Origin: Porphyridium purpureum
Lineage: Eukaryota
Direction of reading: 5' to 3'
NCBI GenBank assembly: GCA_008690995.1
Contig: VRMN01000001.1
Coordinates: forward strand, 1,178,001 to 1,242,000
DNA length: 64,000 nucleotides
Shown: positions 32,163-42,541 of the stretch, piece by piece
Numbering within the stretch: the stretch's first letter is position 1
How the letters are laid out: every line of letters starts with the position of its first letter
Translations under genes and position numbers: made by a program
Notes under the pieces: generated by a model
What the model was told of the DNA's origin: nothing
What the model saw: only the letters and a program-made list of their open reading frames with translations
Databases searched by the model: none

Positions 32163-35100
32163 ATGCAGATGAGTCGGGTGGAGGACGGCGCCGTACAGTC
32201 GGGGGCAACGACGTGCAGCGTTGCCGCGCGACCTGGCGCACGAGAGCGTAAGATGCACAGCCCGCCGCAATCTGTGCGCGACAATGCCCAGCATGCCGCG
32301 GCTGCAGAAGGGGTCGACGACACGAGCAGAAGGTCCTCGTCGCACACAAGCTCTGCAGACGAGGGCGCCCGGTCGTCACTTGAGGAGAGGGGCCTCAAGG
32401 CAGCGGAAATGGCGCGCCGGGAGTACGCCAGTCAGGAGGAGATTGCTAGTGCAGCGGACGACGCGTCGTCGACAGCTTGTTTTCGCAAAGGCGCACCTGG
32501 CCAGGGGTGCTGGCCGCCAGGTCGACGGAAACATTCTCCGCAGAGGCGGGCGAAGCCGCCCAAGGCGCGGTCGGGATGGATGGCGGCACGCTTTAATGTG
32601 GGATACGTGCTAGGTGACACGCGGATACGCCTTCTTGACGCGCTGCTGAATGTGCTCGTGGTTTTACTCGTGGTGACATTTGTTGCGGTGGTTGATGTCG
32701 TCATCGGGTACGTGCCGGCGCTTTTTGTGCGCTTTGCAGAAAAGGAGGCAGGCGAGTCGGACATTCTGCTCGCATTTTCACCAGCCAAGTACGATGTCTT
32801 GATGAATACTCGTACTACCATGTCTGCCGATGTTAAAGTTCGCGGGACGGGCGAGGACGGAGGTGGGGGCGCGCTGCTGATGAACTACCTGCGCCTGGAA
32901 GAGGCATTGGCAGCTGAATCTTCACTTAAAACAGCGCCGCGCTGGCTTGCACGCGGTGTGGTCCGCGACGCTTCAGGCAAGGCGGATTTGAACGTATCTG
33001 TAAACTTGCTGGTGTACGACGACTCGCGCGAGTCCTCCGCGCGCATTGGGCGCAGCTGGCAGCCGCGCGCCTTGGGAAAGCTAGAGGCACACGCGTCGCA
33101 GTCCATACTTGAATCGCTGGGCGTACGCGAAAATACTGGCGAGCGCGTGCTTCTGCAGGTCAATTTGCGAGACTTGTTGCAGGTCGCTGGGTTCGATGAC
33201 GCGCGCAATCTGCTCGCTGCAGTACTCGACGTCTTGGATATCACGCCGGGCGCAAACATATCTATTCCCATCCCCGGCGGTGACTTGCTTTTGCCTGCCT
33301 TGATTCTTACCGGGAGCGCCGTGGGAGCGTTCGGAGCAGTGAATGGAGTATCTTCGATTCCTCTGAGCGATTTTGTGGATACCCCAGAATTCCTGGCTTT
33401 CTTCGGCGCAGAGCCAATTTTGACGCCTTCGTTTTCGTCGCCGCTTGCTCCAGCGGCTTTTTCTCTAAGACAAGAAGGACAGGATTTGTCTTCAAACATT
33501 TCAGACGTCATTGCGCCCGAGTTACCTGTGCAGGACGAGCTAACTGTGATCCAAAGTGATCTTTCGCTCTCAGAGGCCGCGCAACTTCTCCTACAAAACT
33601 CAAGTATCAGTCTGGCAAATCAAACGCTGGACATTCCGATTTCGTCACTGGAGCTTTTCTTTGTAGCACTATGGTCCGAGCTTGACTGGAGCCTGTCTAC
33701 CGAGGTCACCATCGTAGATCAAGTCACGGAACCAGGGGGCAAATGGCCGAGTCGGCTCGGAAATGTCCTCGCACTGGAGGCAAGAAACGTGATCGAAGCG
33801 GTTGTCGACATGGCAAACAAATGGCTACTCAAGTCTGTTCAAGCGGAGCCACAAGCCACGGGTTTTGGCGCAAAAAATACGCAGACCCAGTTATCCGCAA
33901 TTGCGAATCTGATTTTTGCGCAAGCGATCAACCGCGCGCTTGTGGACTTTTTGAAATCACTGAACGTTTTTGCACTGGTGCCGCTGGTCGGTGTGCAAGA
34001 CCGTGAGCGCTTAGCTGCGTATCTCGGCGGCGAAGACGCGTTGACTCGCCGTTTTGCGCTCCAGACAAACCGTATTTCGGAGCTGCTAGGAGTTGACTTT
34101 CCTGTTGACGTTTTTGCGCCAGTTATGGAAGTTGTCGGCGGCGGCTTGATTCTGCTTGACTACTTGGGCGCCATTTTTTTGATTATTCTGATCCTGATTG
34201 CGTTTCTCGGTGGTGTGCTCATCTTTTCTCTCGCGCAGTCCGAGATGGCGGAGCGCACGTACGAATTCGGCATGCTTCGTGCTTTGGGGCTCCGTTTTCA
34301 TGATTTGCTGGCGATCATGGTATTACGTGGTCTGCGCTCGGCGTTGATAGGCTTTGCCATCGGTCTGGCGCTTGCTTGCGTGGCGCTGATCATTGTGAAC
34401 GCGGTATTCTCTGATATTACCTCATTTGCGCTCTCGGTGGCATTGCCGGTCTCAACAGTCATCTTTGCCGTTCTCGTGGGCCTTTTTGTTCCACTTGCGG
34501 CCAACATCCTACCGGCGCGCCGAGCATTGGGTAAATCACTCAAGGATGCTCTTGATGTGTCCAAAAATGCATCAGACAACGGGCCCACGGTCAAGTTTCG
34601 CCGCCTTGAAAATATCGGAATCAATTGGTGGCTGTTCGTAACGGGCGCGTTTTTGCTGATCAGCGGCGTGGTTTTCTACTATGTACTGCCATCGTCGTTC
34701 ATTGACGAAGACTTTCGCACCTTCTTCATTGTGATTAACTTGTCACTGATTCTCATGCTTTTGGGCCTTTCGTTTATTTCGCAATTGGGTCAGGTGTGGA
34801 TTCAGCGGGCACTACTTTGGATCCTGATTCCACCATTCAAGCTAGCAAGGACGCATGATGACCGTAAGTTGCGCCCGCTAGTAGCGCGACAGCTCAAGGC
34901 TCATCTGGGTCGCAACAAGAATGCGGCGCTTATGGTCACAGTCGGAGTTGCCTTTATTATTTTTGGGGGCGCAACCATCCAGCAGCAAGTGTCGAACGTG
35001 CGCAACTCAACGTATGAATCCTACGGCTCGGACGTGTTTGTGCGCGTCTTGGATGACTTCACTGATTCGCAAGGACTTAGTCTGGCTAATGTGCACACAT

Positions 35101-36404
35101 TTCTGGAACGGGAAAAGGCGGAAGGATACGTGGCAAGCTTCTCTTTTCTTCGCGGCCCGCTGAGCGTGAAGTTAGTGTCATCGCCAAGCGAGAGCCTCGC
35201 GGTGAAGGACATGAAAATTTACGGTATTGACAACGAGCTGTTTGATACCATTCGGGAGGATTTGAGCGTGTTGAGCAAACGTGCCGAGTTGGACCCGTCG
35301 TCTGGACGTACCGTTGGCTTTACAAACACGGAGGAGGTGCTTTTGAATCCGAGTGCAGGTGTAGTAAGTGCTCACTACGGCTCGCGCGGTGCGTATCCTA
35401 CACTGGAGTCTCTTTACTCGATGACGTCAGCGGTAGACTATCCTCTGCGCCTGCGATTTCCCGACACGGTGCTTCGAAATCAGACGCTCGCATACAGCGA
35501 GTCAACGTATTACGAACCGGTGCATCTGGTCTTAAGCGCCGCAGGAAACTCGCTTCTCTCATTCGACCCGAACATGCCCATCAAGCTTGGAATTCGTACA
35601 AGCGAAAACAGTTTTGATTTCGCAGCTCGGCCAGTCGTCATGTACTCAACTTTGGCTGGATTTGCCTATTCCAGCTACGAAAGCACGTTTCGCAGCTCTG
35701 AGCTCCTTGCGCGAGAGGCGGACTTTCTGAACTTGTATCGTTTGGCATACAACATTTCCTCAGACGGTGAGAAGAATGAGATGGCAGGGGGACCAGTGCT
35801 ATCCAACGGGACGGGAAAGGCTACTCTGCTAGATGATGGGCTGGACAATTTTGAGCGGATTTTCATCTCAATCCGAGGGGACCAAGACATTGTCAAAGCT
35901 TCGCGACGCGTCGCGAACGGCCTGCGCGCAATTATTCCAGAGAACACAGATATTGTGAACGTCCACGAAGCACTGGAGAGCTCACAGAGTGTGGCTGATG
36001 GACTCATCATCCTGCTCACTGTTATATCTGCAATGTCTGTCATTCTTTGCTTCATTAGCTTGTGGTTCACGTTTCAAAGCAATGGCAAAGAAGATCAGAT
36101 GATGTTTGCCGTGCTGCGCTCGATGGGCATGACCGTCCCTGAGTTGCGCCGCCTCTTCATATTGGAAAGCCTGGCGGTTGTCCTTTACGCATTGATAATG
36201 GGCACGCTGAGCGGTGTTGTGGTCAGTGTGACATTGGCGCTCCAGGACATGGTCGTGAATGAGTCGCGTTTCAAGATGTTCTTCCCAGTCATTTCGTATG
36301 CGGTCATGTTGTCTCTCGATCTGCTGGCCGCCGTGCTTGCTCCTGTTCTCATCGTTCGGGGCCTTACCAAGCGGCCAGTCGCTGGAATTTTGCGCAGCGT
36401 TTAG
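32163..36404 (+). CDS. Large FtsX/MacB-type permease-domain membrane protein (two FtsX-like repeats)
   Basis: About 1410 aa. ERTYEFGMLRALGL and FAVLRSMGM...LFILES motifs each lie within a TM cluster; two large extracytoplasmic domains; no Walker A seen. Confidence 0.85.
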   Translation: MQMSRVEDGAVQSGATTCSVAARPGARERKMHSPPQSVRDNAQHAAAAEGVDDTSRRSSSHTSSADEGARSSLEERGLKAAEMARREYASQEEIASAADDASSTACFRKGAPGQGCWPPGRRKHSPQRRAKPPKARSGWMAARFNVGYVLGDTRIRLLDALLNVLVVLLVVTFVAVVDVVIGYVPALFVRFAEKEAGESDILLAFSPAKYDVLMNTRTTMSADVKVRGTGEDGGGGALLMNYLRLEEALAAESSLKTAPRWLARGVVRDASGKADLNVSVNLLVYDDSRESSARIGRSWQPRALGKLEAHASQSILESLGVRENTGERVLLQVNLRDLLQVAGFDDARNLLAAVLDVLDITPGANISIPIPGGDLLLPALILTGSAVGAFGAVNGVSSIPLSDFVDTPEFLAFFGAEPILTPSFSSPLAPAAFSLRQEGQDLSSNISDVIAPELPVQDELTVIQSDLSLSEAAQLLLQNSSISLANQTLDIPISSLELFFVALWSELDWSLSTEVTIVDQVTEPGGKWPSRLGNVLALEARNVIEAVVDMANKWLLKSVQAEPQATGFGAKNTQTQLSAIANLIFAQAINRALVDFLKSLNVFALVPLVGVQDRERLAAYLGGEDALTRRFALQTNRISELLGVDFPVDVFAPVMEVVGGGLILLDYLGAIFLIILILIAFLGGVLIFSLAQSEMAERTYEFGMLRALGLRFHDLLAIMVLRGLRSALIGFAIGLALACVALIIVNAVFSDITSFALSVALPVSTVIFAVLVGLFVPLAANILPARRALGKSLKDALDVSKNASDNGPTVKFRRLENIGINWWLFVTGAFLLISGVVFYYVLPSSFIDEDFRTFFIVINLSLILMLLGLSFISQLGQVWIQRALLWILIPPFKLARTHDDRKLRPLVARQLKAHLGRNKNAALMVTVGVAFIIFGGATIQQQVSNVRNSTYESYGSDVFVRVLDDFTDSQGLSLANVHTFLEREKAEGYVASFSFLRGPLSVKLVSSPSESLAVKDMKIYGIDNELFDTIREDLSVLSKRAELDPSSGRTVGFTNTEEVLLNPSAGVVSAHYGSRGAYPTLESLYSMTSAVDYPLRLRFPDTVLRNQTLAYSESTYYEPVHLVLSAAGNSLLSFDPNMPIKLGIRTSENSFDFAARPVVMYSTLAGFAYSSYESTFRSSELLAREADFLNLYRLAYNISSDGEKNEMAGGPVLSNGTGKATLLDDGLDNFERIFISIRGDQDIVKASRRVANGLRAIIPENTDIVNVHEALESSQSVADGLIILLTVISAMSVILCFISLWFTFQSNGKEDQMMFAVLRSMGMTVPELRRLFILESLAVVLYALIMGTLSGVVVSVTLALQDMVVNESRFKMFFPVISYAVMLSLDLLAAVLAPVLIVRGLTKRPVAGILRSV

Positions 36405-36591
36405 CGAGGTGCACATGGGCGCCAGTCAATCACGCTTGAACATATTATTATTAACCTCTAAATTGAACACGCGAAACTAGGGAAACCTACTATTCTCAAA
36501 GTCGCCTGCCAAGTACACACAAACACAAACACGAACACAAACGCCCACCTGCCAGCCCGCACACGTCTTGGCGCTTCACGACGGCTCCAGC

Positions 36592-37642
36592 CTAGTACAC
36601 GAAGAACTGGTCCACAAGGTCCTTCGGAACATACTTCCACGTTGGCGACTCGTTCAGACGAATCGTGATACTCGTATCAGCTCGCGGTGTCGAGGGCAGT
36701 CCGCGGCGAGGGTAAATTGGTTCCAGGAAAAAGCTCCGCACGTACCAGGCCTGATCAAACGCCATCAGCCGTGCGCACAGCGCGTCGAGCTTTTCGAGGT
36801 ACTGCCGCTCAGTCATGGGAAAGTCTTTCATACCAAGGAACGGTCCATAAATGTTTACAGCGACCTGGCGGTCGCTCTCGCCAAATGGCTGTGCCTGCAG
36901 CATAGATACATCGTGATAGTAACCGTACTTACGCCAACATAGCTCGGCCAATTCTGCTCCCGAGAGCTGACGATCCTTCATGTCGCGGGGCACCTCAAGG
37001 TAGTCACTGACGCGCTGCATGTATGCAGTGAAACTTTTGGTCATGTCGTCCTGGTTGTCATCTTCAGACATAAAATCAAAGTCATCGATTTTGCAGTACT
37101 CTGGAGGGTTGTCCGAGTTGCAAGGGTTCTTCGCGCCATCAGCTCCTCCGGCGAACTCGCCGTCCTCAGGATCAAACGGATCCCATCTCCCCCAGGACAA
37201 AGACGTCTTTGTAATATTGAAAACGCCTCGTTCCTCCTCAGGTCGCTGATCTGGGCTCCATTTTTTTTTCCTTCTTGCCCTGAAATAAGTCCCAGCAGGC
37301 GTCATCGAAGCGCTGCCACAGCGACTTTTCGTTCTCCTTGCTCTTCGCGCCGTTCTTCTGCATGACGTAGATCTTCAGCAACTCGCTATACAGCTCCGTG
37401 CCGACGTATTTTCTCTTGCCGCCAAACTTGAGCTGCCTGACTTCAACGGCCAGTTCAGTCGGCTGCACGTCTTCAATCTGGCGGCCCTTTTCGGCGACCA
37501 TTTGCAGCCGCGCCACGCCGCTTCGTCTCTGCCTCCGCGCATCCAGTCCATCCTCCCGCGCATGCGCACGACCACACCACGCCGACTGCGCGCGCAGGCG
37601 CCCACCGCCTCCACTCACTCCAGACACTCCAATGTACGCCAT
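36592..37642 (-). CDS. Plastid-targeted DUF3067-family protein, split by a +1 frameshift at an A9 run (37261-37269)
   Basis: The MAYIGVSG transit ORF and the DUF3067-like ORF (LSGAELAEL..KYG..D...FPMTERQYLEKLDA) overlap. Removing one A joins them into a 349-aa protein. Confidence 0.75.
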
Positions 37643-38078
37643 TGCCTTTATCCACCAACACCAACCCACCCACAAACCCACCCTCCCTCTCCCTACCTCT
37701 CCCACCCTGTCCTCAAACCCGCTCACGTCAAATTCCACTTTCAATTTGGTCCGCAGGTGGTTTTCGGGTGTACAGTTGATTTTTGTGCAGCGCATTCCTC
37801 ACTGTACCTCCACATACCGCTGACAACGTGCGTCCGTCGTGCGGCACAGCCTGTATCAAAACGGGCGCGCGGCGTGATTTTTCCTTCTTCTGGCGTGTTG
37901 CTTGTTGTATCGAGCGCGGGCGTGTGTAAGCAGACTAGGGTTTCTGTGGTCCGGTGGGGGTTTTGAACATTTGAACCGAAAGAGGTGTGTCAGGCGGGAG
38001 ATGGTGGTCTGGTAAGCGGCAGGCAGGTGGGCACTGAAAGGCACGAGGTGCGGTTGGCGTGCGTGAGTGGATGGCGGC

Positions 38079-41000
38079 ATGGCGGAAGACGGCGCTGCGC
38101 TTGCGGCTCGTGAAGCGTCCGACGCAGAAGTAGTGGAGACACATGGCGCAGACCCGCTGGACGCGGCGCCGGAGCGTGCGGTCGGCAATGGCGCACAAGG
38201 GGACGCGGTGCTCGGGATGGACGACGCGGGCAGTGGGGTCGACGGTGTCGAGCAGCGCTCTTTCATGGAGGGAGGCTCCTACGAGGATAAGGCGGGCGGA
38301 GAAGGGCGTGGCGAACTGAGTACTTCGGACGCGACACAAGCGGGATTCTCAGTCGTGGAGCCTGTCGGTGTCAGCAAGGTGCGCTCCAGCTTTCCATTTC
38401 CGCACCCGCCGACCGTTCTGAAGCGTGCAAAGGACAGCGCGTCTGTCGGCGTGCGGCTGCGACGCTTTTGGGGGAGGTCTGAAGATGTTGTGCCCCTCCG
38501 CGATCCCAGCGATGGAACAATATGGCTTTTTGTTCTGGCCGGCCCGGGGAAAAAGATCATCGAGTGGGTCGTCCTCGTGTGGTTTTTCATTCAACTTGTG
38601 TTCTCCTTTGTGATCGTCTTTGGTACACTGTTTAAAACAGTTCTCGGCATTTTGTACGGCTTTGTCTTTCCGGCGTGGCAGACTATCGACGGCATGACCT
38701 TTTCAAAGACAAATTTTTGGGCCGGCATTTGCGCGATTGCGCTGTCCATGTATGTTATGGCGGCCTGGGTGTGGTCCGCCGCACTTTTGGCCATCGACGC
38801 CTTCTACAATTTTGTCACCTTCCGCAGGGACTGGACCATGCTCTTGTGGAGTAGGGAGGAAATTGCGTCAGGCAAGAACGCTCTCTTCACGTGCGCTTGC
38901 GCTCGTGGTACATTCAAGCTCTGTCGCTGTGGACGGAAAACTGAGTTGGATCTACAGGAGGCACAGCTCTCCAGCGGCGCGGCTTGGAGTCTTCAAATGC
39001 TGCTGTATGGCGCTTTGCTTATTGTGCCGTTTGTCGGATACACCATTGGCGTTTTCTCAGAGAGTGTGGAGCCGTGGACCCTACTTTTTACGTACAGCTT
39101 TTGGGCGGGATATATTCTTTCGGTGCTCATGTATTTCAAGTTCCGCCTGCATGAGCACATCGCTTGCCACCTCTACTTTGACCGCTTGGAAAGCTACATG
39201 TTACTTCACGGTATGGGACCGGGCTTGAAAGATGCCCGACAGGAAAGCAGTAGCAAGTTCTTCCGTCGTTTGTGGGCAAAGTTGAAGGGCTTTGGAAGGC
39301 GTCTCTCGTTGCTGGTTCAGGGCACATTGAGTAAGTCTGACAGAACAACAATCAAGCCAGAAAACCCCAAACCTCCATATTATGGATTCATGGACCGCTG
39401 GTGGCTCACAGTTTATACGCACCCGTTTGCTCGGCATGACCACAATACGTACTCGAACACGTACAAGTTTGTCTTTGCCTTTTTCTTTCTCATCGAGTCG
39501 GGTCTGTATGTCGCGTTTCTGTTGCTGATTTACTACTTTGCGTCAGATGCAAGCACGACACTGATTGTAGGTATGATGCTGTTCTTCGGCATCCTGCTTT
39601 CGTGCGTATGGCTGCTGCGCGCGCGCAGCATTTTGCTTCGATGGCTCGACGCTCCGGAAGACTACAGGCAAACGCTTCCCCGCAGACCGAAAAACTGGCT
39701 GTCATTTTGGGCTTCCAAGGCCTTCACCTGCTGTTCGAATGCCGTCGAAAAACCGGAGCAGCGCTTCAGTAAGGTGAGAATTGCGTGGTCTGTGATCGTT
39801 CTGCTGACTTTTCTGTCCGGCTTTGTGTGCGCGTGGGTGGTTAGCTACTCGTTTGGCCTGTTCTACTTGCTTTTTGGCGCCCTGGCGCTGGAGCTATACA
39901 TATACAGCGTGCGACACCTGGACATCCTGCTGGTTTTCGAGCGAGGCGCGTGGAAGAGCGCCCAGAACGTTTACAATCTTATGGACGGTTTCAAGCCGCA
40001 TGAAACTGGGCAACAGGAGATTGACGAAGAGGGGATCGGAACGTATCTTCAGGCCTTGAAATGCGGGAAAAAGGAAGCACAAGGAGAGACGCTGCCGGCA
40101 GAGAATGAGCTGGCCCATGAGTATTGCATGGATGTACCCCGCAGGCTTTTGTCTCAAACGAAAATGACCGATGGCGATGAAATTGAGATGGGCAAGCTGG
40201 GCTCGACGAGTATCGATGCCCAAGAGGGCAGGGATGGGATCGAAGAGGACCAGGTGTTTCTCGCGTCTCTTTCAAGAGACCTCTACTCATTCTACAGGGG
40301 ACGCTGGGTCATCATTTGGCTGAGCACAATCATGGTCATTGTGGGGCTTTGCATGCTGATCCTGTACGGACAGAGTGCCTCGATCAACCGACCTGTGGGA
40401 GCCTTTGCGACGGGCTCTCCGATTCTGCCGAATCCCGGCTTCAACAACCAGCTGGTGTATCTTTGCGGCAACACGACAGCGCCATTGCAACCAAACTACA
40501 ACCTTACCATGTTGGATTACGCTTTTCTAAGCGCGGCTGCATATATTCCCGTGCAGTCAATCCAGTCAGTGATGCAGATATGGTTTCCAGATCGATTTGT
40601 CGTGGCCAGGACGCCACAGGGCAATGGTACCAGGGAGGCATATTTTTACGACTTTTACGATCCGCTGCTGGATATTTCAGTCATTGCGATCCGCGGGACC
40701 ACGGAATGGTGAGTTTCTGACGTGTTCTTTCCTTTTCTTTGTCAGCGCTGAGCGCAACAAGTGCAGCAAGCGCAATAAGTATCCTTTCTTGCGTTTCATG
40801 GCCCATATACACGGATAGAAGTTTGGACTAACCACCTGATTTTGTGCTCATACCGTCATTTCGTCGGCCATTGTTCTCTTGCTTGCGCTCCTGTGTCGCC
40901 CGCACTCCAGGTATGATTGGATTCAGGACGCTGATATTTGGCTCGAGGCTGGAATTTTGCAGCTATACACCATTGCGTTTCCCTTTGGTCTCGCGTATGA

Positions 41001-41514
41001 GCCGGCGTTCCCGAACGCCGTTAAGCTGATGGGAGGGTTTCTAGACATCCTCGTTGAAAGGGAAGACCGATTTTACGGAGTCCCAGTTCAACAGTATGTC
41101 AAGTCGATTGAAAGCAACCGTTCCGACATCGTGTACACAGGCCACAGCCTTGGCGGTGGCTTGGCGCTCATTCTCGGTTCGATTGACGGCTTCAGTGCAT
41201 TTGGAATGTCTGCCCCAGGCTTACTGTACACTCGAGGGAAGTTTGACATTCCTGCCATCAATGTGACCCGCACGGCGTTCAATGTGCAGCCTTTCCATGA
41301 CCTGGTCCCGAAAATCGACAAGCAGGCTCTTATGTTGCAGAAAATCAACTGCGACTTTGATCCTTTCACGTGCCACTCGATCGATATCACGATTTGCCAG
41401 ATCCAGTCAATATGCGGCGACCCGGCGGGCAGACAGGTTGAGGACGACAGCAATCCGACCGAGCCGTTTGTGTGCCCGACGGTTCCAAGCGCACAGAGTG
41501 TCAACTTCACGTAG
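38079..41514 (+). CDS. Multi-pass membrane protein with C-terminal class 3 lipase domain, two exons (38079-40708, 40911-41514)
   Basis: Splicing gives IAIRGTTEWYDWIQD; GHSLGG nucleophile elbow; DLVPKID and CHS; many N-terminal TM helices. Confidence 0.88.
40709..40910 (+). other. Spliceosomal intron (202 nt) in the lipase gene
   Basis: Donor GTGAGT, branch GACTAAC (40826-40832), pyrimidine-rich tract, acceptor CCAG. The frame is restored. Confidence 0.92.
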
Positions 41515-41539
41515 GCGCCAAGTATTTTTTACGTGGCGT

Positions 41540-41575
41540 GGCAAGCGTGGCAAGCGCGGCAAGCGCGGCAAGCGC
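41540..41575. repeat. 9-bp tandem repeat (GGCAAGCGY)x4 in the lipase 3' region
   Basis: ggcaagcgt ggcaagcgc ggcaagcgc ggcaagcgc. Confidence 0.9.
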
Positions 41576-41665
41576 ATGAGCGATTAAACCAAGGTGCTCC
41601 TCTTATCTTTTCCCCAATGCTTTCAACTTTAAGTCTTCTTTGTTTTCTGCCTCACTCATTAGAAT

Positions 41666-42385
41666 CTAAACCTTCATGACCTCCTTTTCCTTCTCTGCGA
41701 GCGCATTATCAACCATCTTCACGTACTTGTCGGTCAGTTTCTGGATTCTGTCCTGACCGTCCTTACTCTCGTCCTTACCGATCTCCGAATCCTTTTCCAT
41801 CTTTTTGATCTTCTCGACAATGTCCCGACGAATATTTCGCACGGCGACGCGACCGTCCTCGGCAAGCTGCTTGAGTTGTTTCACAAACTCCTTGCGCCGC
41901 TCCTGCGTGAGCGCAGGGACGTTCAGGCGGAGGGTGCTGCCGTCGGTCTGCGGTGTCATGCCGAGATCTGATTCCATGATGGCGCGCTCAACATCCTTCA
42001 CGCACGAAGGGTCGAAGACTTCGACCTGCAGTACGGTCGACGAGGGCGTAGATACAGAGGCAAGTTGCTTGAGCGGCGTCTCGACGCCCCAGTACGACAC
42101 TACGACGCGGTCAAGCACCGCCGGATTCGCGCGGCCTGTGCGAATCGTGTTGAAACTCTGACCCACCGCGTCCATGCTCTTCGACATCCTCTCCTCGGCG
42201 TTCGCCACCAAGTCATCCACACTCATCCTCGGCTGAACAGCACACACGCGCAGCAGCGGCCGGCCACCTTTCCACGCGGTTCTCGCGCGCGTCACCACGC
42301 CCCCTCGCGCATCGTACCCACACAACACTGAACCATACCCGAGTCCGCTCGCACGCGCGGCTCCACAACCTCCGACAAACGCCAT
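41666..42385 (-). CDS. frr: Ribosome recycling factor, plastid-targeted
   Basis: IRTGRANPAVLD, PALTQERRKE, RVAVRNIRRD, EKEKEVMKV, MAFVGG transit start. Confidence 0.95.
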   Translation of the reverse strand: MAFVGGCGAARASGLGYGSVLCGYDARGGVVTRARTAWKGGRPLLRVCAVQPRMSVDDLVANAEERMSKSMDAVGQSFNTIRTGRANPAVLDRVVVSYWGVETPLKQLASVSTPSSTVLQVEVFDPSCVKDVERAIMESDLGMTPQTDGSTLRLNVPALTQERRKEFVKQLKQLAEDGRVAVRNIRRDIVEKIKKMEKDSEIGKDESKDGQDRIQKLTDKYVKMVDNALAEKEKEVMKV

Positions 42386-42541
42386 TACAGACCCAACTTC
42401 AGTGAAGCGCGCGCTCTTACAGACACACTCGTGCCACCTCCTCACCTGCGTCTCATCCACTCCCAGCTTTAGCGTCTCGGGTGCTGCCGACCTCCTGCAG
42501 ATCGTCGCAACAAGCTTACATAGAATTTCATCTGCCGAAGT

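Noticed and set aside
37934..37942. Telo-box-like AAACCCTA (minus strand) in a promoter region
   Set aside because: A single 8-mer, not distinguishable from chance.
41540..41575. CRISPR-like or telomeric repeat
   Set aside because: A simple 9-bp tandem repeat with no spacers, internal to a 3' region.
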